Assembly (NCBI RefSeq): GCF_000619845.1
Contig: NZ_JHUX01000003.1
Coordinates: forward strand, 1,240,064 to 1,272,063
Direction: 5' to 3'
Length of the DNA stretch: 32,000 nucleotides
From: Alkanindiges illinoisensis DSM 15370
GTDB lineage: Bacteria > Pseudomonadota > Gammaproteobacteria > Pseudomonadales > Moraxellaceae
How positions within the stretch are numbered: the stretch's first letter is position 1; the number at the start of each line of letters is the position of its first letter. Position numbers and translations under genes: made by a program. Below, one piece after another: positions 18,359-27,008 of the stretch. Under the pieces are notes generated by a model, which saw nothing but the letters and a program-made list of their open reading frames with translations, had not been told where the DNA came from and ran no database searches.

Positions 18359-18850
18359 ATGCACAATTCAGAGATAAAACCCGTTTCCGTCACTATTGAA
18401 AATCTGGAAGCTGCCTTTGCCGGTGAAGCAATGGCACACATCAAGTATCGCTACTTTGCCAAGCTGGCACGCGAGATGGGTGATGAAGACACCGCGCGCA
18501 TTTTTGAAGAAACTGCCAATCAGGAAGTGATGCATGCCTTTGGCCATCTGGATCTGCTGTATCCCAAAGCCAAAATGACACCTGCCCGCGCGCTGGAAAT
18601 AGCCATTGAAGGCGAAACCTATGAATACACTGAAATGTATCCCAAGTTTCGCCATCTGGCCGTTGAGGAAGGCAATCAGGCAGCCGTGAATGAATATGAT
18701 GAGCAGATTGAAGAATCACGCGTACATGCCGAACAGTTCAAGGCCGTGCTGGAAAAAGCAGCCAAACGCTTTGCTGCACTAACCACTGTCGAAAAACGTC
18801 ACGCCAATCACTATCAAAATGCACTCGACAAATTGCGTGCAGATGGTTAA
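18359..18850 (+). CDS. Rubrerythrin-family ferritin-like diiron protein lacking a fused rubredoxin domain
   Basis: 163 aa from the ATG at 18359 (GAGGA at 18349-18353). Diiron ligand pattern: 'AGEAMAH' (E), 'NQEVMH' (ExxH), 'IEGETYE' (E), 'VEKRH' (ExxH). No CxxC pairs. Confidence 0.85.
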   Translation: MHNSEIKPVSVTIENLEAAFAGEAMAHIKYRYFAKLAREMGDEDTARIFEETANQEVMHAFGHLDLLYPKAKMTPARALEIAIEGETYEYTEMYPKFRHLAVEEGNQAAVNEYDEQIEESRVHAEQFKAVLEKAAKRFAALTTVEKRHANHYQNALDKLRADG

Positions 18851-19001
18851 CGTGTGGCAAATTTAGAGCAATAACTCTTTTTTTGGGGTTTTGCACGGTT
18901 TTTTTGGATTTTTGGCGTTACAAATTGTCCTGTGCAATGGCACAATTCAGGCATGTTGCCCCAGGCATTTTCCCACGGGCAGGACAGTTTTGGAGATGAT
19001 G

Positions 19002-19166
19002 ATGAAGAAGTATCAATGTATCGTATGTGGCTGGATTTATGATGAAGCAGAAGGCTGGCCACAGGATGGCATTGCACCCGGTACCAAATGGGACGATATC
19101 CCTGATGACTGGACCTGCCCTGACTGCGGCGTATCCAAAATGGATTTTGAGATGATTGAAATCTAA
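19002..19166 (+). CDS. rubA: Rubredoxin
   Basis: 54 aa '[54 protein letters not shown]' with two CxxCG knuckles. GGAG at 18992-18995. The ORF-track start at 18891 is an artefactual extension. Confidence 0.95.
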   Translation: MKKYQCIVCGWIYDEAEGWPQDGIAPGTKWDDIPDDWTCPDCGVSKMDFEMIEI

Positions 19167-19180
19167 GACTGTTTTGCTTT

Positions 19181-19215
19181 AAGCCATGTAGCTCCTCATC
19201 TGCATGGCTTTTTTT
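19181..19215 (+). terminator. Hairpin + T-run between rubA and rubB (candidate partial terminator/attenuator)
   Basis: AAGCCATGta-gctcctcatc-tgCATGGCTT followed by TTTTT, 15 nt after the rubA stop. Confidence 0.5.
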
Positions 19216-19287
19216 CGTTTCATGAATGCGTATTTTCATTCAAATTTTTGTTATTACTTTTTTGATGTTTCTGATGGAGAATTGCAG

Positions 19288-20469
19288 ATGAACCCGATTG
19301 TCATCATTGGTTCAGGCATGGCTGGCTATACCCTGGCGCGTGAGTTCCGTAAGCTTGATACCACCACTCCTGTGGTCATGATTAGTGCTGATGACGCGGT
19401 AAATTATGCAAAACCCACCTTGTCCAATGCGCTGGTTGGCAATAAGCATCCGGATCAGATTGGTCTTGGTGATTCTGCCAAAATGAGTGCGCAGCTAAAT
19501 ATCAATATTTTGCCACATACAATCGTGAGCCATGTTGATTGTGAAAACCATACGCTGCAACTAAAACACCAGAACGGCGAACAAACCACACAGGTCTATA
19601 GCAAACTGATTCTGGCCGTAGGCGCCAATCCTATCCGGTTGCCAATTGAAGGCGATGGCGCTGAAGACATTCATGTGGTGAATTCACTGGCTGACTACCG
19701 CACTTTCCGCGATACCCTGTCACTGCGTACGGACAAGCGTGTACTGCTGCTGGGCGCTGGGCTGATTGGCTGCGAATTTGCCAATGACCTCAAAGCCACG
19801 GGCCATGATGTTACCGTAGTTGATATTGCGCCCCAACCCTTAGGTCGTCTACTGCCTGCTGATACGGCACAGGCATTTCAGGCTGGCCTGGAACATATTG
19901 GTGTACAGTTTGCCTTGAATACTACGGTGCAACGCATCAATCGCGCGGGCCAGGATTATGAAGTGAGCCTGACCAACGGCAATACACTGATTGTTGATAT
20001 TGTGCTGTCAGCAATTGGCCTGCGTCCCAATCTGCAACTGGCACAAGCTGCCAATATCCAGACCAGTCGCGGTATTGAAGTTGATGCCCTGCTGCAAACC
20101 AGCCAGCCGGATATTTATGCCATTGGCGATTGTGCTGAAGTAGCCGGGCATTTGCTGCCCTTTGTAATGCCAATTATGCAGCAGGCTCGGGCACTGGCCA
20201 AAACACTGGCAGGCACTTCCACAGCCGTGCATTATCCAGCCATGCCGGTTGCCGTAAAAACCCCGGCTGCCCCACTGACTGTGCTGCCTGCCCCTGCGGA
20301 CGTGCAAGTGGAATGGCAAACCGAACAATTTGAAGATGGTATGCTGGCCAAGGCAATGGATAATGACGGCACATTACGTGGCTTTGTATTGCTGGGTGCA
20401 ACTGCAGGCAAGCAACGTATGGCTTTAACCAAACTGGTACCAGACCTGTTACCAGCCGCTAGCGCCTAA
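19288..20469 (+). CDS. rubB: Rubredoxin--NAD(+) reductase
   Basis: 393 aa from the ATG at 19288 (GGAGA at 19276-19280). FAD-binding 'IVIIGSGMAGY', NAD-binding 'VLLLGAGLIGCEFA', and 'YAIGDCAE'. Lies immediately downstream of rubA, as in Acinetobacter ADP1. Confidence 0.92.
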   Translation: MNPIVIIGSGMAGYTLAREFRKLDTTTPVVMISADDAVNYAKPTLSNALVGNKHPDQIGLGDSAKMSAQLNINILPHTIVSHVDCENHTLQLKHQNGEQTTQVYSKLILAVGANPIRLPIEGDGAEDIHVVNSLADYRTFRDTLSLRTDKRVLLLGAGLIGCEFANDLKATGHDVTVVDIAPQPLGRLLPADTAQAFQAGLEHIGVQFALNTTVQRINRAGQDYEVSLTNGNTLIVDIVLSAIGLRPNLQLAQAANIQTSRGIEVDALLQTSQPDIYAIGDCAEVAGHLLPFVMPIMQQARALAKTLAGTSTAVHYPAMPVAVKTPAAPLTVLPAPADVQVEWQTEQFEDGMLAKAMDNDGTLRGFVLLGATAGKQRMALTKLVPDLLPAASA

Positions 20470-20540
20470 GCTGAAAAACAGTCTTTCCAGCTAAGCTAAG
20501 CCAACAAATCAGCAGTATGGATTTTAAGCATTCGCGTTTT

Positions 20541-20570
20541 AAAATAAGGCAGGTTTAACTGCCTTATTTT
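20541..20570 (+). terminator. Rho-independent terminator after rubB
   Basis: AAAATAAGGCAG-gtttaa-CTGCCTTATTTT (12-bp perfect stem including the A/T ends). Confidence 0.75.
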
Positions 20571-20581
20571 ATAGGTATGAC

Positions 20582-21112
20582 ATGACGGATTTGTCTGGAA
20601 AAATTAAATTGGTTCAGGGCGATATTACCCAAATTAACGTAGATACCATTGTTAATGCGGCCAACACTTCTCTGCTGGGTGGTGGTGGCGTGGATGGGGC
20701 GATTCACCATGCTGGTGGCCCGGCGATTTTACAGGAATGCCAGCAAATCCGTGCCAGGCAAGGCGGCTGCAAAACCGGCGATGCTGTTATCACCACAGCA
20801 GGCCAGCTTCCAGCACAATTTGTGATTCATACGGTAGGCCCGGTATGGCAAGGTGGTATACATGATGAAGACCGGCTACTGGCTTCCTGTTACAACCAGA
20901 GCTTAAAGCTGGCTGACCAGCACCAGTTAACCCGCATTGCCTTTCCCAACATCAGTACGGGTATTTATGGTTTTCCAAAAGCGCGGGCAGCCCGGATTGC
21001 CGTGCAGGCTATCCATCAAAATTTGCCCCAATGCCAGTTTTTACAACAGGTTATATTTGTATGTTATGACCATGAAAATTATGCACTGTATCAGGACATA
21101 TTGAATAGATAG
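20582..21112 (+). CDS. ymdB: Macrodomain protein, O-acetyl-ADP-ribose deacetylase (YmdB-like)
   Basis: 176 aa. '[26 protein letters not shown]' and '[12 protein letters not shown]' are canonical macrodomain ADP-ribose-binding motifs. Confidence 0.9.
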   Translation: MTDLSGKIKLVQGDITQINVDTIVNAANTSLLGGGGVDGAIHHAGGPAILQECQQIRARQGGCKTGDAVITTAGQLPAQFVIHTVGPVWQGGIHDEDRLLASCYNQSLKLADQHQLTRIAFPNISTGIYGFPKARAARIAVQAIHQNLPQCQFLQQVIFVCYDHENYALYQDILNR

Positions 21113-21248
21113 GTTTTTCCAATAAAACACTAAAAATTGGCAATAATTTGTGCTAAAAATTCATGAAATGATTTATGATAGCTGCAATTTGACAATTCTT
21201 ATTGTCATTAATAAAGCGTGATCACCCATAAGCACAGCAGGTTAATCC

Positions 21249-22208
21249 ATGAATGCCCTCAGCAGTTTACAACCCTCTCAATACTGCGACTTAATGCAGG
21301 AAAGTAAAATTGATATTGGCAACAATATCCAGTTGCATTTTGAAATTGGTGGCATTGACAATACTAATCCGCAACAGGAAACAATTCTGCTGATTATGGG
21401 TCTTGGTGCTCAAATGCTCATCTGGCCAGATTATTTTTGTGAAGCACTCATCAAGCAGGGTTACCGTGTGATCCGTTTTGATAACCGTGATATTGGCCTG
21501 TCCAGCAAGATTCGCCATAAAGGCCCGCGCTTAAATAGCCTCAAACTGATGGGCCGTTTTACCCTTGGCCTGCCTAATGAAGGCGCACCTTATACGCTGT
21601 ATGACATGGCTGATGATACCAGCCGTTTGATGAATGCATTGCACATTGAAAAAGCGCATGTGATTGGCGCGTCCATGGGTGGCATGATTGCACAGATTCT
21701 GGCTGCCAAATATCCACAAAAAGTCCAGACCCTGAATTTGCTGTTTACCAGTAACAACCGTGCGTTTCTACCACCGCCTTTTCCCAAGCAATTCCTGAGT
21801 CTGATGGGCCGCCCCAAGTCCACTGATGAAGAAGGTATGGTGGCACATTCCATGCGTTTGTTTAGCACCATTGGTTCTCCTGGCCACTTTAATCTGGATG
21901 AAGCGCGTGAAACTGCCCGCAAACTGTATCGTCGCAGTTTCCATCCAGCTGGCGTCATGCAGCAGTTTCTGGCAATTCTGTGCACTGGTTCGCTTAGCAA
22001 GGTTGACCGTGAAATCAAGCAGCCTACGCTGGTAGTGCATGGCAGCAAGGATCGCTTGTTACCGCCATCACATGGCCGTGCTGTGGCAAAATCCATTAAA
22101 AATGCCAAGTTCCAGCTCATTGACGGCATGGGCCATGACATTCCCAAATATTTTGTACCGCAGCTGGTGAAACTGTTTAGCCAGCATATTCAGGCTCATG
22201 TGAAGTAA
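21249..22208 (+). CDS. estB: Alpha/beta-hydrolase esterase
   Basis: 319 aa. Nucleophile elbow 'GASMGG' (GxSxG) and C-terminal 'GMGHD' catalytic His region. Its position between rubB and oxyR matches the described Acinetobacter ADP1 estB. Confidence 0.8.
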   Translation: MNALSSLQPSQYCDLMQESKIDIGNNIQLHFEIGGIDNTNPQQETILLIMGLGAQMLIWPDYFCEALIKQGYRVIRFDNRDIGLSSKIRHKGPRLNSLKLMGRFTLGLPNEGAPYTLYDMADDTSRLMNALHIEKAHVIGASMGGMIAQILAAKYPQKVQTLNLLFTSNNRAFLPPPFPKQFLSLMGRPKSTDEEGMVAHSMRLFSTIGSPGHFNLDEARETARKLYRRSFHPAGVMQQFLAILCTGSLSKVDREIKQPTLVVHGSKDRLLPPSHGRAVAKSIKNAKFQLIDGMGHDIPKYFVPQLVKLFSQHIQAHVK

Positions 22209-22213
22209 ATACT

Positions 22214-23113
22214 ATGGCGGCACTCCCTTCCCTGCGACAACTCTCCTATCTGGTGACTTTGTCTGAAACCCTGCACTTTACCGAGGCAGCCCGCCGCTCT
22301 TTTGTTACTCAGTCTACCCTGTCTGGTGGCATCATGGAGCTGGAGCGCCTGCTGGGCGGAGTGCTGGTTGAACGTGACCGCCAGAATGTACGGCTGACGC
22401 CACTGGGCGAGGAAGTGGTACGCCGTGCGCGTTTCCTGCTGGCCGATGCTCAGGACTTAATGCGCCTGAGCCGGGAGATGAGCGAACCCTTTACCGGAGA
22501 GCTGCATCTGGGTGTGATTCCCACTATTGCACCGTTTGTGCTCACGCCATTGTTGCAATCCATTGGACAACACATGCCTAAGCTGCAACTGTTTTTGCAT
22601 GAAGCACAGAGTGGTCAGGCAGTAGAACGACTCGAACATGGCACACTGGATATTGTCTTGCTGGCACTACCATTTGATACGCATAACCTGATGGTACAGG
22701 AACTGCGGGATGAACCCCTGTGTCTGGTTTACCACGAACAGGACAGCAACTGTTCCCGTGCGCGCAACATGGCTGATCTGGATTTATCACGGCTATTGTT
22801 GCTGGAAGAAGGCCATTGCCTGCGTGAACATACGTTAAGTGCCTGTTCCATTAGTGACTTAAAACAAACCAGTAGCCTGTCGGCCAGCAGCTTGCCTACC
22901 CTGATTCAAATGGTACAGGCCCGGCTTGGTTTTACCCTGCTCCCCGCCATTGCCATTAATTCCGGGATTTTAAATGGCCAGCCCCAGCTCAAGGTTAAGT
23001 CCATTGACCAGGCACCACAGCGTACACTGGCATTGCTTACCCGAAAAAGCACGCCATTGCATGCCGAATTTGCCCAACTGGCAAAATTGCTTGAGCCAAT
23101 TATTAATTTTTAA
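22214..23113 (+). CDS. oxyR: LysR-family hydrogen-peroxide sensor/regulator OxyR
   Basis: 299 aa. N-terminal wHTH 'HFTEAARRSFVTQSTLSGGIMELE'. Redox Cys pair 'EEGHCLREHTLSAC' with the characteristic 9-residue offset (C199/C208 equivalent). Starts 5 nt after the estB stop. Confidence 0.92.
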   Translation: MAALPSLRQLSYLVTLSETLHFTEAARRSFVTQSTLSGGIMELERLLGGVLVERDRQNVRLTPLGEEVVRRARFLLADAQDLMRLSREMSEPFTGELHLGVIPTIAPFVLTPLLQSIGQHMPKLQLFLHEAQSGQAVERLEHGTLDIVLLALPFDTHNLMVQELRDEPLCLVYHEQDSNCSRARNMADLDLSRLLLLEEGHCLREHTLSACSISDLKQTSSLSASSLPTLIQMVQARLGFTLLPAIAINSGILNGQPQLKVKSIDQAPQRTLALLTRKSTPLHAEFAQLAKLLEPIINF

Positions 23114-23129
23114 ACCTACCTCTCATACT

Positions 23130-23161
23130 AAAAAACCCTTCCCCATAGAAAGGGTTTTTTA
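23130..23161. terminator. Bidirectional rho-independent terminator
   Basis: AAAAAACCCTT-ccccataga-AAGGGTTTTTT, located between convergent oxyR (+) and the acidic protein gene (-). Confidence 0.8.
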
Positions 23162-23229
23162 TTCAAGCTTAATCTACTGGACGCATTTGGACGCATTAGT
23201 TACATTGAATCCATTTAGACAAGCTCATG

Positions 23230-23754
23230 CTACTCATCATCATCCTGTGCCCTGTTTAAAAACCCTTCCCTGATTTCTGCCGGCATATCCTGATGCCACC
23301 AGCCATAAATGGAAGCCTTGATGTCTTCATCTTCATCCGGGTCATTAAAGGGTTCATCATCCTCACGGATGAGTTCATCGCCCTCAAACTTAAACCAGAA
23401 TTCCCAAGGATCGTCATCGCCATAACCCCAGGCTTGGGCATGAATTTCAGGCAACAATGACTTTAAAAATAGCAGGATCGCTTCAATAAATTCATCGCCG
23501 GCAGAACCATGCACAAAATGGGCAATGGAATAGCCAGCCAGGTGGGATACCGATTCCGGGCCAAGGTCAAATTCCACAGAATCCACCTGATCCAGTAAAT
23601 CCTGTGCAAGTGCTGCGCCTTCATCTACATTTATTGCTGCGGCCGCTTGCAGAAACAGGTTTTCGTCGCCTTCATGCTGGGTAAATAAGCTGTCCAGTTG
23701 ATCCATGATGCTGGCATCAGGATGCTTATAATAAAGGTTGCTATGTAGTTCCAT
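23230..23754 (-). CDS. Hypothetical strongly acidic protein (174 aa)
   Basis: ORF with GGGGAA upstream of the ATG at 23754 (the ORF-track GTG at 23766 overlaps that RBS). Trp/acidic-rich C-terminal half ('WGYGDDDPWEFWFKFEGDELIREDDEPFNDPDEDED', terminal 'DDDE'). No family recognised. Confidence 0.65.
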   Translation of the reverse strand: MELHSNLYYKHPDASIMDQLDSLFTQHEGDENLFLQAAAAINVDEGAALAQDLLDQVDSVEFDLGPESVSHLAGYSIAHFVHGSAGDEFIEAILLFLKSLLPEIHAQAWGYGDDDPWEFWFKFEGDELIREDDEPFNDPDEDEDIKASIYGWWHQDMPAEIREGFLNRAQDDDE

Positions 23755-23982
23755 GATATTCCCCACGTATTTCTATAAATCAGGTTAAAGTTTTATTCAG
23801 TCATGCAAATTTTTAAATTGGTCAATGACAGCTTGCCTTATATTGCTGCTGCCCTACCCCATATTATAAATCAGGCTAAAACAAAGCAGTATCGGCCCTG
23901 ATTTTATAGCCGATCTGTTTAAAACTTTATAGCGTTATACGTCCTAAACTGACGCCTTAGTTCCTTGAAAGCAAACTGTTTT

Positions 23983-26064
23983 TTACCGTGATAACTTGTC
24001 CAGTAAGATTTGCTGTGCCATATGCGGCTGTTCATTCTCGTCAGCCACCAGCCGTTTCCACTCGCCATTGCCTTTGAGAATCCAAACCTGCTGGTTATCT
24101 CCCAGATAGTTCAGCAAGCCTTGCTGGATAATGCGTTTTTTTAAGCTGGCGTCTTCTATCGGAAAGCAGGCTTCTACCCGCGAAAACAGGTTCCTGTCCA
24201 TCCAGTCGGCGCTAGAACAGTAAACACGTGGTTCGGCCCCAGCATTGGCAAAATAAAACACCCGTGTATGTTCCAGAAAGCGGCCTACAATGGAACGCAC
24301 GGTAATGTTGTCAGACAAGCCGGGCAACTGCGGACGCAGACAGCAGATCGAGCGAATAATCAGGTCAATCTTGACGCCTTCCTGTGAGGCCCGGTACAGC
24401 CCATCAATGAGTTGTTGCTCGGTCAGTGCATTGACCTTGACAATAATATGCGCGGGTTTGCCTGCCCGGGCATTTTTGATTTCATCCTCAATAAAGCTTA
24501 ATAATTGGGAATGCAGGGTGAACGGCGCATGCAGCAGCTTTTTCAGCTTGGCCATTTTGCCCATACCGGTGAGTTCCTGAAAGATTTTATGTACGTCTTC
24601 CGATAGCGCCTTATCCGTCGTCAGCAAGCCATAATCGGTATACATCCGCGCATTGCCTGCATGGTAATTGCCAGTGCCCAAATGCACATAACGGTGCAGT
24701 TTGTCCTGCTCGCGGCGCACCACCAGAATCATCTTGGCATGGGTCTTATAGCCCACAATGCCATACACCACCACTGCGCCCGCTTCCTGCAAAATATTGG
24801 CTACCGCAATGTTGGATTCTTCATCAAAACGCGCACGCAACTCAATCACAGCAGTGACTTCCTTGCCATTGCGTGCGGCTTCCGCCAGCAGTTTGACAAT
24901 TTCAGAATCCGGTCCGCTGCGATACAAAGTTTGCTTGATGGCCAGCACCTGCGGGTCATTGGCCGCCTGATGCAACAGGGTAATTACCGGCGCAAAAGAC
25001 TCAAACGGATGATGCAGCAGGATGTCCTGCTTTTTCATGGCCTCAAAAATGTTTTCACTTTTTTGCAGCACGTTGGGAATGGCAGGAATAAACGGTTTGT
25101 ACTTTAAGTGAGGCCGGTTAAAGTTGGAAATCAGGCGCGCAAGGTTCACCGGGCCATCCACTTTATAAAGCTGGGCAGGTTTTAGGCGAAAGCGGTTGAG
25201 CAAATAGGTAATAATTTGCTCCGGGCAATTCTGTGTTACTTCCAGTCGCACTGCACGCCCAAAACGGCGCGAATTCAGTTCGCCTTTTAGCGCCTTGGCC
25301 AGGTCTTCTACATCTTCGTCCAGCTCCATATCTGCATTACGCGTGACCCGGAACTGATAACAACCCGTAGCGGTCATACCGGGAAACAGGTCACTCACAT
25401 GCTCATGGATAATGGCCGACAGCATGACATGGTGATCGTGCCCATTGGTCAGCTCATCCGGCAGGCGTACCACCCGTGGCAGTGAGCGCGGTGCTGGCAC
25501 CACGGCAAGGTTAATCTGGCGACCAAACGCGTCCTTGCCTTCCAGTGTGACAATAAAGTTCAGGCTTTTATTCACCAGACGTGGAAACGGGTGCGCCGGA
25601 TCAAGGCTAATCGGGGTTAATACTGGCAATACCTGTTCATGAAAATATTGCTTAACCCAAACCGCCTGTTCTTCGGTTAGCTCATCACGGCGCAGGAATC
25701 GAATGTCTTCTTCGGCCAGTTGCGGCAGGATTTCTTCATTTAAAATGCGGTATTGGCGCTCAATGGCAGCATGGGCAGTTTGCGAAATCTGGGCTAGTAC
25801 TTCCGCCGGTGTCAGGCCATCGGGCGTGCGGCTTTCATTGCTAAAGCTGAGTTGCTGTAGCAAACCAGCCACCCTGATTTCAAAAAACTCATCCAGATTA
25901 CGTGAAAAAATCAGCAAAAAATTCAGGCGTTCCAGCAAAGGATGCAGTGGATCAACCGCCTGTTCAAGTACCCTTAGGTGAAAATCCAGAATGGACAGTT
26001 CGCGATTGATATAGCGATTATTAAAGGTATAGGTTTCAGGATGAATATCTACCTGCTGATTCAT
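23983..26064 (-). CDS. ppk: Polyphosphate kinase 1
   Basis: 693 aa. N-terminal '[19 protein letters not shown]', autophosphorylation His region '[15 protein letters not shown]', and two PLD-like C-terminal domains. Confidence 0.97.
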   Translation of the reverse strand: MNQQVDIHPETYTFNNRYINRELSILDFHLRVLEQAVDPLHPLLERLNFLLIFSRNLDEFFEIRVAGLLQQLSFSNESRTPDGLTPAEVLAQISQTAHAAIERQYRILNEEILPQLAEEDIRFLRRDELTEEQAVWVKQYFHEQVLPVLTPISLDPAHPFPRLVNKSLNFIVTLEGKDAFGRQINLAVVPAPRSLPRVVRLPDELTNGHDHHVMLSAIIHEHVSDLFPGMTATGCYQFRVTRNADMELDEDVEDLAKALKGELNSRRFGRAVRLEVTQNCPEQIITYLLNRFRLKPAQLYKVDGPVNLARLISNFNRPHLKYKPFIPAIPNVLQKSENIFEAMKKQDILLHHPFESFAPVITLLHQAANDPQVLAIKQTLYRSGPDSEIVKLLAEAARNGKEVTAVIELRARFDEESNIAVANILQEAGAVVVYGIVGYKTHAKMILVVRREQDKLHRYVHLGTGNYHAGNARMYTDYGLLTTDKALSEDVHKIFQELTGMGKMAKLKKLLHAPFTLHSQLLSFIEDEIKNARAGKPAHIIVKVNALTEQQLIDGLYRASQEGVKIDLIIRSICCLRPQLPGLSDNITVRSIVGRFLEHTRVFYFANAGAEPRVYCSSADWMDRNLFSRVEACFPIEDASLKKRIIQQGLLNYLGDNQQVWILKGNGEWKRLVADENEQPHMAQQILLDKLSR

Positions 26065-26114
26065 GGATGTATGCCAGTTTTTCTCATCATTAAAAATCAG
26101 TATGCTACTTTTTA

Positions 26115-26132
26115 ATGACAGTTCAATAACAA
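26115..26132 (-). promoter_or_regulatory. Pho-box-like site upstream of ppk
   Basis: The minus strand reads TTGTTAT-TGAA-CTGTCAT-TAAA. That is two 7-mers (5/7 and 7/7 matches to CTGTCAT) at 11-bp periodicity, 51-68 nt upstream of the ppk ATG. A CATACT -10 candidate lies 10 nt downstream. Confidence 0.4.
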
Positions 26133-26183
26133 CTGCTTAAAAACCAGCTATTAAGTGTTAAAAAACTTAAGACTAGACTGGTT

Positions 26184-26867
26184 TTACTCATCTTTTGGCA
26201 AGCGAACATAACCCATATAGCGCTGAATGCGGGCCTTGCGCGCGCGAACCTTGCGGTCAGAGGGATGATCCTGATAATACTTGGGATTGGGCAAATAGGC
26301 AGCTAGCTGGGCAGCTTCACTCTTGCTTAAATTGGCTGCCGACTTGCCAAAATAATATTGTGCGGCGGCTTCGGCACCATAAATGCCCTTGCCAAACTCT
26401 ACCGAGTTAACATACACCTCTAAAATGCGCTGCTTGCTCCACAGCCGCTCCATCATCCAGGTGGCAATGGCTTCCTGACCTTTTCTAATATAAGAACGCT
26501 GGTTAAACAAAAATAGGTTTTTGGCCAATTGCTGGCTAATGGTCGAACCACCCGCTACCACTTCACCCTTTTTCTCATTTTTGGTGAGTGCCAGTTGAAT
26601 GCCGGTCCAGTCAAAACCGGAATGGTCGATAAACTTGGCATCCTCACCCGCAATGAGTGCACGCTTGAGGTTATTACTGATGCGGTCACTGTCTTTCCAT
26701 TCATGGCGAATGGCAGGCTGTTTGTAGTTCCATTCATAAATGCGCATGAACATGGAACGCTCAACCGGCTGGTATTTCCACCACACCAGACTGGAAAAAA
26801 TCCATAGTTGAACCAGCAAAAATACAGATATCCCAATTAACACAGCACGCGCAATAAATGCCTTCAT
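26184..26867 (-). CDS. mtgA: Monofunctional biosynthetic peptidoglycan transglycosylase
   Basis: 227 aa. N-terminal TM anchor and GT51 motifs '[15 protein letters not shown]' and '[15 protein letters not shown]'. Confidence 0.93.
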   Translation of the reverse strand: MKAFIARAVLIGISVFLLVQLWIFSSLVWWKYQPVERSMFMRIYEWNYKQPAIRHEWKDSDRISNNLKRALIAGEDAKFIDHSGFDWTGIQLALTKNEKKGEVVAGGSTISQQLAKNLFLFNQRSYIRKGQEAIATWMMERLWSKQRILEVYVNSVEFGKGIYGAEAAAQYYFGKSAANLSKSEAAQLAAYLPNPKYYQDHPSDRKVRARKARIQRYMGYVRLPKDE

Positions 26868-27008
26868 AACAGCGAGATAAAAAGTTATAGTGGCGCAATG
26901 CTATCAAAGCCGCCGATTTTACTCCAATTATTTTATTTCTATGCCTGTGCAGGCAATCAGCAGGGCAATTTTTAATGTGCCAATAAAAGAATGTCTTGAG
27001 TCTTATCC

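Noticed and set aside
18891-19001. N-terminal extensions proposed by the ORF track for rubA (18891), rubB (19204) and rpmE2 (29484)
   Set aside because: The extensions are Phe/Cys/Tyr-rich AT-spacer translations. Canonical family N-termini (MKKYQC..., MNPIVIIGSG..., MRANIHP...) each begin at an internal ATG preceded by GGAG/GGAGA or a promoter with the Zur box.
18847-19239. 130-aa minus-strand ORF spanning the rubA region
   Set aside because: It is antisense to the unmistakable rubredoxin gene and the flanking spacers, with no support.
21590-22147. 185-aa ORF antisense to estB (plus 21768-22040 - and 21826-22035 +)
   Set aside because: These are shadow ORFs of the alpha/beta-hydrolase frame with no independent signals.
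23178-23197. Perfect tandem duplication TGGACGCATT-TGGACGCATT
   Set aside because: There are only two 10-bp units in a 3' intergenic region. It is most simply a slippage duplication with no evident function.
24290-25981. Plus-strand ORFs of 65-148 aa antisense to ppk
   Set aside because: They lie inside a 693-aa PPK1 with full-length family similarity. Their Ser/Arg/Cys-rich translations are typical of antisense frames.
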